From NCBI GenBank assembly GCA_964019425.1, contig OZ025794.1:496001-560000 (forward strand): a stretch of DNA of 64,000 nucleotides, given 5' to 3'. The stretch is from Flectonema sp. DT1601 (taxonomy: Eukaryota). Positions 11,520-22,336 of this stretch are shown piece after piece. Below the pieces are notes generated by a model, which was not told the origin of the DNA, did no database searches, and was given only the letters and a program-made list of their open reading frames with translations. The stretch's first letter is position 1. The number at the start of each line of letters is the position of its first letter. The position numbers and the translations under genes are program-made.

Positions 11520-12709
11520 TAAGTAATTTTCTTAACATCCGTGAAACTGTTTATCAGGATCTTGTTGTGCAGTTTAGTGTGCTGTGAAGCAGCTCAGTCC
11601 GGCCTAACCTAAAAAGCGTTCAAGAGACCCTTTGAATGCTTTGTACCTCTCTCTGTGTTGTTTTCTTAGTATATGCGTTGGAAAAAACGTTTGTTTGTTT
11701 CAGTTAATTTTAGTATCACCTTTTTCGTGACCTCTGCCCGAACATGCACGTTGTTACCCGTCTCTGAAGCGAGCAGCTCCGCTCGGGTCAACGTTGTTTT
11801 GATTTTGAAAATTATTTTTTACCCTGAGAAGTGAAGTATTGAAATTGAGATACTTCTGTTTTTTTTTTATATTTGTTTTATGTTTTTCTTTTTTTGGGTA
11901 CAAAGAAGGTCCTTACTTTTTACACAGTAAGTATAAACTTATTACTATTAGTCGAAAACTGTTAATAATGTGTAGTAATTAAACCATATTCTTGCAACCA
12001 CGAAATTGGTCAATTCAATCAGGTCTGGTGGTAGTGCAATATTTATGTGTTTTATGCAGTAGAATAGCTATGTCGCTTTTTATTTTTTTTACACAGCGCT
12101 TTGTATCTTATTTTCCCTTTCCCTTTTTTTTTTTTTTTTTTTTCAGTATGAATAGTGCGATGCTCTCCTTTATTTACTATTTACTATTTCTTGCTATAAC
12201 CTTCATTGATAGGGGGTGTCGATGTATACAATGCCCTCCTGCAATTGGCTTTTCTTTTTGTTATTTTACCGCTTCGCTAATGTATAAATTTTGAATAGTT
12301 TACAAGCCTCGAAGGAGTGAGTAGCTCGCGAAACTTGTCGCTATTTCTTATTTTTTTTTAATAGAGTTGTTTGCTGTCAAAGGTAGAGCACACAACTCAC
12401 ACGGGATTGCGTTTTTTTTCTGTTTTGCGAAGCCAATCGATATTATATTTTTTGCTCTCTTTTTTCTTTTGTCTCAAAGAAGCATACGGTACTTGACTTC
12501 CGTTCTCCAGCGTTCGCAAAGAGAAAAAAAAAAAAAACTTTTTTCAATCTCTAACTTATTTTACTACTGTTCCTCCAGATGAATAATAATTCAGTATTTT
12601 TCATCATTCATGACAACTTTATTTGAAACAAAAAATGGAATAATTGTTGCTGTTTGTCGATTATGTTTTTTTTTTTTATGTCAGCTGTTTTTTTCAAAAA
12701 AAAAAAAAA

Positions 12710-13624
12710 ATGTTGAGACGTGCAGGTCTTATTTCGTTGCATTCTCAGATGAGATGTTGTGCCACCGAACTTAACTCTGAGCATTTTCGTTATTCGAATC
12801 AAAAGCATCCGTTGAAAGGAAAAGTTAAAGAATGGCCAAACCCAACACAAAATCACGTCTGGGCAGAAAACGAACTTAATAAGGTTCTGGAGAAAGAATC
12901 TGCAGAGGTAAATCATTTTAAACCAATCGGGTTTATGGACAGATTCATCCATATGATTGTTCAGGGGTGTTATCATGGATTTAATTATCTTACTGGATTT
13001 AGTAAGAGCGACCCAACTCCGAAATCGTTAATCTACCGAGTCCTTATCTTAGAATCTATAGCCGGGTGCCCTGGAATGGTTGCTGCTGGTGTTCGTCATT
13101 TTAGATCCCTTCGAAGAATGGAGCGTGATGGAGGTTGGATTCACACTCTTCTCGAAGAAGCTGAAAACGAACGCATGCATCTTCTTGTCTTTATGAGAAT
13201 GTTTCATCCAGGAATCGCTACCAGAGCTGCTGTCATAATCTTACAAGCTGTAGTTGTATCATGTTTGATTGCTGTTTATTGCGTCAGACCTGCATGGCTT
13301 CACCGTTTTGTTGGATACCTTGAAGAAACTGCTGTTCAAACTTACTTAACAATAATCGACAGACTTCAGGATCCTACTAAAAAACTTCACAAGGAGTGGA
13401 AAGATTTAAAGGCTCCGATTATCGCAAAGAACTACTGGAGGCTACCTGAGGATGCGATGTTCTTGGATGTCATTAAACAGATTTGTGCTGATGAAATGCA
13501 TCACAGAGATGTAAATCACGCTTTCGCATCTATGCAGAAATCCGACATCAACCCTTTTGTAAACCGTCATGCTAAGGACCAAGCTGATGCCACGTACGCC
13601 GCTGAATCTGATAAAAAAGCGTAG
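12710..13624 (+). CDS. AOX: Mitochondrial alternative oxidase (di-iron ubiquinol oxidase)
   Basis: LESIAGCPGMV, LLEEAENERMHL, HRFVGYLEE and ADEMHHRDVNH motifs; real start is the ATG at 12710 (MLRR presequence), not the upstream TTG. Confidence 0.95.
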   Translation: MLRRAGLISLHSQMRCCATELNSEHFRYSNQKHPLKGKVKEWPNPTQNHVWAENELNKVLEKESAEVNHFKPIGFMDRFIHMIVQGCYHGFNYLTGFSKSDPTPKSLIYRVLILESIAGCPGMVAAGVRHFRSLRRMERDGGWIHTLLEEAENERMHLLVFMRMFHPGIATRAAVIILQAVVVSCLIAVYCVRPAWLHRFVGYLEETAVQTYLTIIDRLQDPTKKLHKEWKDLKAPIIAKNYWRLPEDAMFLDVIKQICADEMHHRDVNHAFASMQKSDINPFVNRHAKDQADATYAAESDKKA

Positions 13625-15557
13625 ATGGGTGAGGGTGTTTCGTGTATATTATTTATTTTTGTACAGTATCTGCTTTGGGAGATTGCAAAATGACTTTTTT
13701 TTTTTTTTTTTTTGTTGATTTTTTTCTATTTACTAATTATGCGAAGGGGAAAAATAATAATAATGATGATGATAGGGGGGCTCTATGTTTTTTTTAACGT
13801 TTTTTTAATATTAAAATTCAAACTGAATGAAAGTTGTACCGTCACATACCAATCTATAACTATCTTGAAGTGCTGCTATTCTCTACTCACGCGAATTAAC
13901 CGAAGGGTTGATTAGTCTCTTCTTCTACTAGGGAGGGGGGATTGAGGCAATTAGGATGTTGGCACGCTGATCCTCTCTAACTCTCACAATCCGATCTTAA
14001 TTTCGGTGCGTACAAAAAAAAAAAAAAATGGTATCACGGTTAAAAAAAAACTATTATAAAAATTGAATTGTCAATTAGCTTTGTGCACAAATAAATGACT
14101 CAAACCGTGTTGATACACGTTTGAATGTGTTAAGCTACTCTACTATTCTATTTGCATCGACAAGGTCGATATTCAGATTAATTAATTAAGAGACGTTATT
14201 CATTATGTCGATGTGATCTATTCCTCTGTGCTGTTAGTATTTCTGTCTACAATCAATAAAATATAAGACTTTCTCTGAATGGTTTTTTTTTTTTCCCTTC
14301 TTTTTTTTTTGTTTTAAACAGATATTTGATCTGAGTAAAGAACTGAAAGTTCGATGTTCTTTTTTTTTTTTTTTACTTCTCCTTTTTTTGGTGCGGGACA
14401 GTTATGACCTTAAACTGACTGTCATCTTACCTGATGCTTTTGTTTCATTTCATGAGTGATACGGCTATGTGCTGCCCTGTTGTTGTGGAACTTTTATAAA
14501 TTTTTTAGTAAGCCCGCAGTACGATTAGAGAACGATCCTCGGTACTGTTCCGGGGGTTTCTATTTTCTACTGTTTCTTCTTCTGTATGTGGGAATAAAAA
14601 AGATTTTTTATTTTTCACCTTCTCATTCCCAGATCATTTCTCTTTTATTTTCTTTAGTTGTTTTCAACCTGTTAGCCTCTGGGCAAGGTGGGAGCTGGGA
14701 GTCGATCACTTCCAGCCGAAGCTATAAAACTACAATTTTCGCGATTGGGTCGTTACTGATGCGGGATACCCGAACCCCTCATAGTCATCAGTTCTGTATT
14801 TTGTTAACAATCTCCTTACTTTCTTCACTGAAGAGGGCTAGGTAAGGAATGGTATGGGCTATTAATACTAACTCCATTGTAGGCAGTCAGCTGATTGTGA
14901 CAACTGACTGGCCTTCGCTTTCATTGGTGAGCATTTCCCGATGTTATCTAACTCGTTCTCTAAAACATTAAACAGAAAAGGAATAGAACCAAAAAAAAAA
15001 ATAAAAAAACTCGATGTTAATCTTTCTCTGCTTCCTGGTATTTACCCGTTAGCTCTTTCTCCTTATTCACTTTCAGAAAGGGGTATATTGACTTCGCATG
15101 TCACTTGTCTGGTAGTGTTTGCTTACTCTCTCCTTTTTACTTTTTTTTTTTGTTCCGACGTTGTCGGAGAAGAAACTGTTCAGATTGAAAGCTGTTATTT
15201 CTTGCGGCCGTGACTCATTTCTCCGTTCTGTCTGCGTTCAACGAAATATAAGGCTAAATCTGAATGGGGTTTTTTTTTTTCGTCATAAATTATTAAAAAA
15301 ATAAAATAAAATAATGAAATACTCACACTTTCTACCTCCTAAGGTGAAAAAAACCCTTTTTATTTTCGGATGTAATGACCGACACCTTTTCAGCAGTATT
15401 AAACTAACTTTGCTAACTAAACAGTATTCTATTCATCGAACAGGCTGAAGACACATCATGGAACTACTGCGTCATCATTGCATAACTTATTTTATGTTAT
15501 GAACGAATTGTTATAAAAGCATCTTTTTATTTCATTTAGCCTTAAAGCAGAATCTCA

Positions 15558-16106
15558 ATGGCAGATCCGAAGACTTTGTATCTACAACGTTATTGTATTC
15601 CAGAATTGATTGATGGCCTGGTAATGAAGTTAATGGATGAAGAACCTGGTGATCCCAGGACATTCCTAGCAAGGAATCTACTAGCTGGTGAGAAGTGTGG
15701 AGGAGATAACAGTTATTGTGTTCAGATGTGCGCTGATGTCGAAGCCGAAAGGCTATTCTCAAAGTTAGACTTTGACGCTATGAGTGATGCTAAAATTACT
15801 GGAGACGGTAAAGCCATTGGCTCCCTACGAGATCCAATAGGAACCACTAATTTGACTGAAAAGCAAATCGGTAGAAACATATCCGACTATGAACGCTCAT
15901 ACAAATACAGTCTTGGAGACACTAATGGTCTTGGTGTGAAAGGATTTATTGCATCAATGAGAGTATTGAACTCTACTCATGGTAAGACTTCTTGTTTTGT
16001 AAGTTGGACTGCCTCATGGGATCATCCTGGTGAGATTGCTTCCTTAAATCTGACTGAGTTCGTTCGAAATACAATTGAAGCAGCTATTGCTAGTTGTGGG
16101 CAATAG
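15558..16106 (+). CDS. Dpy-30/RIIa-like docking domain fused to an SRPBCC (polyketide cyclase/START-like) domain
   Basis: YLQRYCIPELIDGLVMKL..EPGDPRTFLA, then GDGKAIGSLR...ERSYKYSL...FIASMRV...FVSWTASWD. Confidence 0.6.
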   Translation: MADPKTLYLQRYCIPELIDGLVMKLMDEEPGDPRTFLARNLLAGEKCGGDNSYCVQMCADVEAERLFSKLDFDAMSDAKITGDGKAIGSLRDPIGTTNLTEKQIGRNISDYERSYKYSLGDTNGLGVKGFIASMRVLNSTHGKTSCFVSWTASWDHPGEIASLNLTEFVRNTIEAAIASCGQ

Positions 16107-16356
16107 TAGTGGGCTTGCAAAAAAGAAAATTTACAGATGTTACACTCATGTGCCGTTGCGAAACGGACTGATGACTTTAATATTGCCTTCAGTCCTCGAA
16201 TGCAAAAAAATTTAAAATTTAAACCTTTGAAATGGGAATGTTAATTGAGAAACTTTTTTATTATTATTTCAGACAGGAATAATTGAAAACATGATAATAA
16301 TATAAGTATTCTTATTTCCTATAAATATATCATACAAACAGAGGGGCTCATTAATT

Positions 16357-18409
16357 ATGGAATCGTTCTTAAGAGAACCTTCACGTCTCGCTGGAGAACG
16401 TAGTCGGATCGTGAGTGAGATGGTCGACGTATCTGTAAAACACTATCCTTTATTTATTGGAGGTGCTAAGAAGTGTTCTGACATTCTTAAAGAAGCAGCA
16501 CAGGACGTTGAACTAACTGAGAGATTAATAAATGAAGAAGAAGAGTTAAAGAGTATGTTAGTAAGACTAACTGAAAAGGGTGACCAATGGAAGAAAGGAA
16601 AACATCAGCTTCTTGTACTAAGAACTAGTCAGGAACAGATTAGAGATTTGTTTGAGTTGCCAACTCTGTTAGAGAACTGTCTTCGTGATGGAATGTTTCA
16701 AGAGGCTTATCAAATTCAAGAAAAAGTTGAGAATTTAATATCTGCTGCACCTGGCATTCCAGTGATGCAAAGCATAGCAAAGGACACTGAAGAAACAATG
16801 CAGAGATGGATACCGCAACTTATCACAAAGCTATCATCGGATTTAAATGTTGTACAGTGTTACACAATAACAAATTTCCTCTCTAGGTTGAAACTTATCA
16901 CCGATACAGAGCTTCAGAAATTATACCTTGCTCGTAGGGTTGTATTTCTCGATTCTCTTTTTAAAGATTCAACGAGTCCGTTGAAATCTCTAAACAGCAT
17001 CAATACAATAATTGGTACCAAACTCCCAAATATAATAACCGAATACGACGCTTGTTTTAGAACTCGAGACGCAAGTAGTCGCCTTACACCTTTTGACACT
17101 AAACACGATGTTCCAGCGGCTGATATCTTAGGTTCTTGGTTGGCTAAAAGTTGTGCTCTTTACGTTGATTTAATTCGTAAAAACGTTAGTCAGATAACTA
17201 TGGGAGATGAGGTAAAATTGGTGATGGTGCAATCACTGGAGAGTTCGAAAGTATTGGCTAGTCGGGGAGTAGATATCAGACCAATTCTGTGTAAGATTTT
17301 CAGTGATCGATTTATCCAATTGTGGGATGAAAAAATTGATCACGCTTACGAAAGTTTTGAGATATCAATGTTGAACCATATTTGGTCAAGAAAACCTTCT
17401 TCTCATACTCATAGAAAGCAAGATAGAACTGCCCCTCCAAATAGCGTTAGACAATATTTACCTTTAGCCTACCTAACAAATGGTATTTTAGTTGCATTTA
17501 ATGAACTTCGTCGTTGTTGTTTGACATCGTTAGTTCCATCACTGCTTCAAAATCTATCAAAAATACTTTGCAAAGCTGTTAGTAACATCAAGGCGGTATA
17601 TCATACTCAGTCTCTTGATTCGGCAGAGCTGTCAGGATATTTAGAATTCGTTAAGGTATGTTTTTATCTACATAACAAATTAAACCTTTACCGAAGCAGC
17701 AAATAACAAATAAAAAGCAGACAACCATCGATGACTTCCTTCCATTCATAAGTCGAGGTGTTGATATCCTTTTAGGGTCACCCAAGGGTGTAGACGTTAA
17801 GGTATGATGATAGTTCATTGGGTAGCAGTTTATAAAGATAACGGACAATACATAATAAAAGAAAATAAATTACAGGAAATAAGCCGTCCTATTAGTGAGA
17901 TTTACCAACATCACGTGATGCCAAAGGAAACATCAATTGTAAAAGGGCAAGATCAAGAAGTTATTGACATGAGTACTCTTAAGCAGGAGGATAGTCATCC
18001 TGCCGTCACGGAACCTGTTCAGCAATACCAACAGCAGGTAGCCGAACAAACTGTACAGCAGCAGCAACAACAACAACAACAACCAGACTCTGCAGTACAC
18101 CAGCAGCAAAGTCAGCAGGCTGAACCGCCTCAGGTGCAATACCAACAGCAGGCGCAGTACCAGCAACCATCCCAGACGCAGTACCAGCAGGCGGACTCAT
18201 CCCAGCAGTATCAGCAACCGTCCCAGGTACAATACCAACAACAGGCGGACCCGTCCCAGGTACAGTACCAGCAGCCGTCCCAAATGCAGTACCAGCAGCA
18301 AGCGGATCCGTCCCAGCAGTATCAGCAGCCGTCCCAAGTGCAGTACCAACAACAAGCGCAGTACCAGCAGGCTGACCCGTCACAACAATATGTTGAGCCG
18401 CACCAATAG
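16357..18409 (+). CDS. COG8: Conserved oligomeric Golgi complex subunit 8 (Dor1 family); exons 16357-17655, 17721-17801, 17876-18409
   Basis: REPSRL, HYPLFI, DLFELPTLLENC...EA, PP...YLPLAYLTNGILVAFNELR; two GTATG..CAG phase-0 introns join the two track ORFs in frame (637 aa). Confidence 0.85.
18057..18395 (+). repeat. Gln-rich coding repeats (QYQQPSQ / QQADPSQ) in the COG8 tail
   Basis: Repeated cagtaccagcagccgtccca-type units and a CAA/CAG run. Confidence 0.85.
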
Positions 18410-19135
18410 TTAGCCGCTTATACGGAACAACACTGAGAATGCCTCAAGGACTTTCGCGCCATTGACAAGGAATACGAGCTCAACGTCACTACGAATACTC
18501 AAATATCCCAGAGTAGTCCCATGGGAAGACAAGATATAAGTTGTTAACATTTTAATTGCAATATCACGACGGCTGACACAGCTGAGCGCCAACAACAATT
18601 CCGTCAAAAACAACCTCAATAATAATATCCGATTACAGCTGAAGGTCAGCTCGAGGGAGTAGTACAAATATAGATGACCTTCAAAAAAAAAAGGGGGGTT
18701 TGTGACTGCCAACTTGCATTGTTGTTACATTTCACTTTCTTTTCTTCGTATTGTGACGTTGTTTTACTTGTATGGACTCATGCGAGTCTCATTTTCTTTT
18801 TTTTAAAAAAATATTTTATTGTTGGTGTCCCTTGATGCTGACCACAAAAGCAATAAAATAAATAACATTCAAATCTGTTTTTAAAATTTGGTCAGGACTT
18901 CTGTTTCTTATTCAACAGGTGTTTGGTAATTCTTATACTAGGCACCAAGACATTGATCGTACGAGAAAAAAAAAAAAAAAAAAAAAGAGAGAACAAAAAA
19001 TAAAAAGAAACTAAAACTAAAAGTGTGGAGAATTCCTAAAAAATTGAGAGATTTTTTTCTTTTTTTAAAAAATAAATTAAAATCGTCTCTCACCACAACA
19101 TGTGTATTTTTTCATGACAGGTTATTTTTTTAAAA

Positions 19136-21952
19136 ATGAATAAAGAAGAAGAAAGTAGAGTTGACGCAGCGTTCCAAGAACACTGTTTTCATGGAAACGA
19201 TCACGTACTGGATACCGTTGTTATGAAGGCCCTAAGAGAACTTGGCCTAACCCCATCTGAAGAGAGTCTATTACAATTAATGGCAGAAGGTGGAAGTAAA
19301 GAACAAATAACTTTTCAAAATTTCAGAAGAATGTACCTCGTGCTCAGAGACAGCGTACCAGAAGAAGAACAAGTTAAAAATGCTCTTAGAGTATTCGACA
19401 CTGATAATACAGGATTTATTGATAAAAGTATCCTTTATCACGCAATGACTACTTGTGGGGAATTTTTAACTGAAAAAGAAGCAGATTCTCTCTTTACAAA
19501 CGCCGAAAGGACGATGAGCAATGGATTCGGAGGAGCAGTCAGCATCGATGCCTTTGCAGCATATCTACTTGAGCGTCATCGTGAAGCTGCAAAAACTCAT
19601 AAACCGATGTCGGAACCATCAGAAGCAGAACAACCTGATGAGGCTGATAAAGAGATGAAAGACGCTGCTCAAAAAATTAGATCCCTGAGAGAAATTAGAA
19701 ACGATGAAATAACTAAGTCAGCTCAAGCTTTTCCACAACGTCAACAAGGTATTCAGGAATTGATACAAACTTGGTTTAGGAATAGTCATATTAGATTTTA
19801 TTCTTATGATGGACCCCAAAATGATTTAAACTCAACAACATCACTCAACGGATCTGGCAAAGAAGAATTCCTAATAGGGTTATCAGGAGTATGTGAGGCA
19901 CTAACTGATCCGATAGTACAATCTCCACAACTGGGTTTTCATCGCATTAGTTTTATCAGAAGTGATTGTAATTCTTATTCCACTACTATGTATATATCAG
20001 AACACGATGGTACCCTAACTGACATAAGACGTTTAGTCGCAATGCAATTAAGACTTTCAATCGATAATGTAGTTTTTACACTCCGTTATGCAAACACATA
20101 TAAGATAATAGCTGGTCATTCAGCAGAACGTGGTGGTGGTTCTTTTTTGAATCAAATATTCGCAGCGTACACAGAACTTACTGGGGATGATTGCCCAACT
20201 GGGTTTGAAATAATAATATTCAGACAGCCTGATATAGCTCAATGCCACTCATTGCAAGAAGGATATCCCATGAATGAAATAATTGTGTCAGAAGGACTCA
20301 AAACACCGATGATAACATTATCAAGAAGCCCAGGGATCAGTTTATCAGGTCAAACACCAGGTGATGCTATTCTATTTGCGGATAGGTTATCGAAACCTGG
20401 AGAGAGTAGACAGCCAGGCAACATTGTAACATTTGAAGCCTCACCTGTGACTTTGTCATATAAAAAAAAAATAATCGCTGTTAGAGTCACCTGTTCAAAT
20501 ACACCGTTTACATGTCGAGTTGCTCTGTCTGCCAATATATCAAATTGGGAATTTCAAAACAACGGACAACCACTATCTCTATATCAGTGGCACACAGAGG
20601 GTCCGAGTTCGTGGTCGGGATTTTCTCTGTCGGCATCCCCAGTAATGCTTCAGTGCTCAAAGGATAAAAAATACATAACTCACATTCTCTGTGAGTTTGA
20701 ACAGACAGGTTTATATTACATATCGAGTTCAGAACTTGAGGTAGTTTGTGATGAAAACTTCCTTCATGAAAAGAATAATAAAACCTTTGATCCTGATGGA
20801 AAACCACGTTCACACGGAGGACATCCATACCTAAGAGCGTGGGGATGGACAAGAAAAGGTATCAAAATAAGATCAAAGAAAGATCCGGAACCAGCTATTT
20901 CATATCTCGGGAGTGAATTCTGTATGCCTGACTGGATTTTAGCACCCACGAAAAAACATCAGAAACTCTCACAAGATCAAACCTCAGGTAGAAGAGCTCA
21001 GAGGGGAGATAGGGATACCTTGATAGAACTTTCACCAAGTATTCAGTTTGCAGCTCATAGTGTCTTTTTTAGATATTTTTCATTATTATTATCATGTGAT
21101 TCTCAATACCATTTTGAAACTGCTGCTACTCAACCCTGGGTTCACATCCCTGAAACACAGTCTGGTTCACTCATCCGACTATCAGTAATGTGTTACGCGA
21201 TGAGTAAAGATATGGCTCTTGAGAATCATCAGTTCTCACATGTAATTCCAACCTTCGATAAAGATATAATGGGAACTCTAGATACATATCGGATCCCAAC
21301 AGGGAAATGTAGAGGTGCTGGATTGTTATTAAAAAGATACTCTGAAGCTCCAGAGCATGCCCTTCGTAGACAAATTCCGCACTTGTTGTGTAAAGATGCT
21401 GGGTATCAGTTTTCAGTTATGGACTTTGTTAGAATGAGAAATAATATTGATGAGGTTTGGCAATTTGGATACGTCACCGACGTCGAAGGAAACGACCTCC
21501 GAGTGCAGTGCGATACTTCTACTGGAGCCTCAGTTGGTTATAATTATGTCATTCCTGATTTCAACAGAATTTTCGAGAAAAAGGGAGTTGCACAGCTTTC
21601 TGATACATTTGGTGGTTCATCACCAGCCGTGACCGACCCTTTCCTCAGACAGAGTGTTCCTCCAATTGATTTTAGTCCAGCTGAAACTGTCGGTAGCATT
21701 GAACGAGATTATCAACCAGCTACTTTTGGTATTACTACACCACAGGATATTACTTTACAAACAACGCTAAGTAATGATATAAGAAACAACACTTCAAGTA
21801 GTACTTTGGTAGGTAATCAAACAGCAAGCACTCCTCCTCAAGTCAGCAACGCTCCAGACTTTGAACCTCCACAGCAACCACAAACTACTCCGACGTCAAA
21901 ATCGAAACCTGAAGATGCGAAATCAGATGGATGTTGTTGTGCTGTATCGTAA
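19136..21952 (+). CDS. Large protein with an N-terminal calmodulin/centrin-like EF-hand module and a C-terminal CaaX (CCCAVS)
   Basis: ALRVFDTDNTGFID..L...MTTCGEFLTEKEAD EF-hand; C-terminal Cys cluster. Confidence 0.75.
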   Translation: MNKEEESRVDAAFQEHCFHGNDHVLDTVVMKALRELGLTPSEESLLQLMAEGGSKEQITFQNFRRMYLVLRDSVPEEEQVKNALRVFDTDNTGFIDKSILYHAMTTCGEFLTEKEADSLFTNAERTMSNGFGGAVSIDAFAAYLLERHREAAKTHKPMSEPSEAEQPDEADKEMKDAAQKIRSLREIRNDEITKSAQAFPQRQQGIQELIQTWFRNSHIRFYSYDGPQNDLNSTTSLNGSGKEEFLIGLSGVCEALTDPIVQSPQLGFHRISFIRSDCNSYSTTMYISEHDGTLTDIRRLVAMQLRLSIDNVVFTLRYANTYKIIAGHSAERGGGSFLNQIFAAYTELTGDDCPTGFEIIIFRQPDIAQCHSLQEGYPMNEIIVSEGLKTPMITLSRSPGISLSGQTPGDAILFADRLSKPGESRQPGNIVTFEASPVTLSYKKKIIAVRVTCSNTPFTCRVALSANISNWEFQNNGQPLSLYQWHTEGPSSWSGFSLSASPVMLQCSKDKKYITHILCEFEQTGLYYISSSELEVVCDENFLHEKNNKTFDPDGKPRSHGGHPYLRAWGWTRKGIKIRSKKDPEPAISYLGSEFCMPDWILAPTKKHQKLSQDQTSGRRAQRGDRDTLIELSPSIQFAAHSVFFRYFSLLLSCDSQYHFETAATQPWVHIPETQSGSLIRLSVMCYAMSKDMALENHQFSHVIPTFDKDIMGTLDTYRIPTGKCRGAGLLLKRYSEAPEHALRRQIPHLLCKDAGYQFSVMDFVRMRNNIDEVWQFGYVTDVEGNDLRVQCDTSTGASVGYNYVIPDFNRIFEKKGVAQLSDTFGGSSPAVTDPFLRQSVPPIDFSPAETVGSIERDYQPATFGITTPQDITLQTTLSNDIRNNTSSSTLVGNQTASTPPQVSNAPDFEPPQQPQTTPTSKSKPEDAKSDGCCCAVS

Positions 21953-22336
21953 AAAAAAAAAAAAAAAAAAAAAATAACTGTAACGTACTGGTGTTTACAC
22001 TACCTTTTATTGTGCTGACTGGGTGTAGTGACACACAAAAAAAAAAAAAAAATAAAGAAAAAAATAAATAAATAATTAGTTTTAATTATTCAGTTCCGAG
22101 CGTTTGATACGGTTTCGTAGAATTTTAATGTCTTTTTTGTAATGAACCTGTTTTCTTAATTTATTTTTCCTCCACTAGATAATAATAGATGTGGTGTTGA
22201 TTCTTTTTGTTTTGAAAAAGAAACAAACTGCTATGTTTGACATATTTCCCCCCTTTTTTTTAATACCTAAAGTTGTTACTGTTTTACATTGTCAAAGTTT
22301 CACCCAGCTCTAAAAAACTTAAATACCTAAATTAAA

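Noticed and set aside
12644..12709. N-terminal extension of the AOX ORF (likewise extensions at 31587, 46791, 55361, 57360)
   Set aside because: Read-through of T/A tracts, acceptor regions or intron sequence, mostly from non-ATG starts; real starts or exons lie downstream
14881..14914. Isolated GC hairpins (also near 37726-37748 and 40836-40861) as terminators or ncRNAs
   Set aside because: Eukaryotic context; single short stems with no recognisable tRNA, snoRNA or SL-RNA features
11992..15304. Short F/K-rich ORFs in intergenic DNA here and elsewhere (e.g. 28407-29395, 35718-36023, 37786-38525, 49573-52501, 61155-63942)
   Set aside because: Translations of poly-T/poly-A tracts with no protein-like composition
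18410..18712. Minus-strand 100-aa ORF abutting the COG8 stop
   Set aside because: TTG start, no motif, opposite to the array direction; likely COG8 3'UTR
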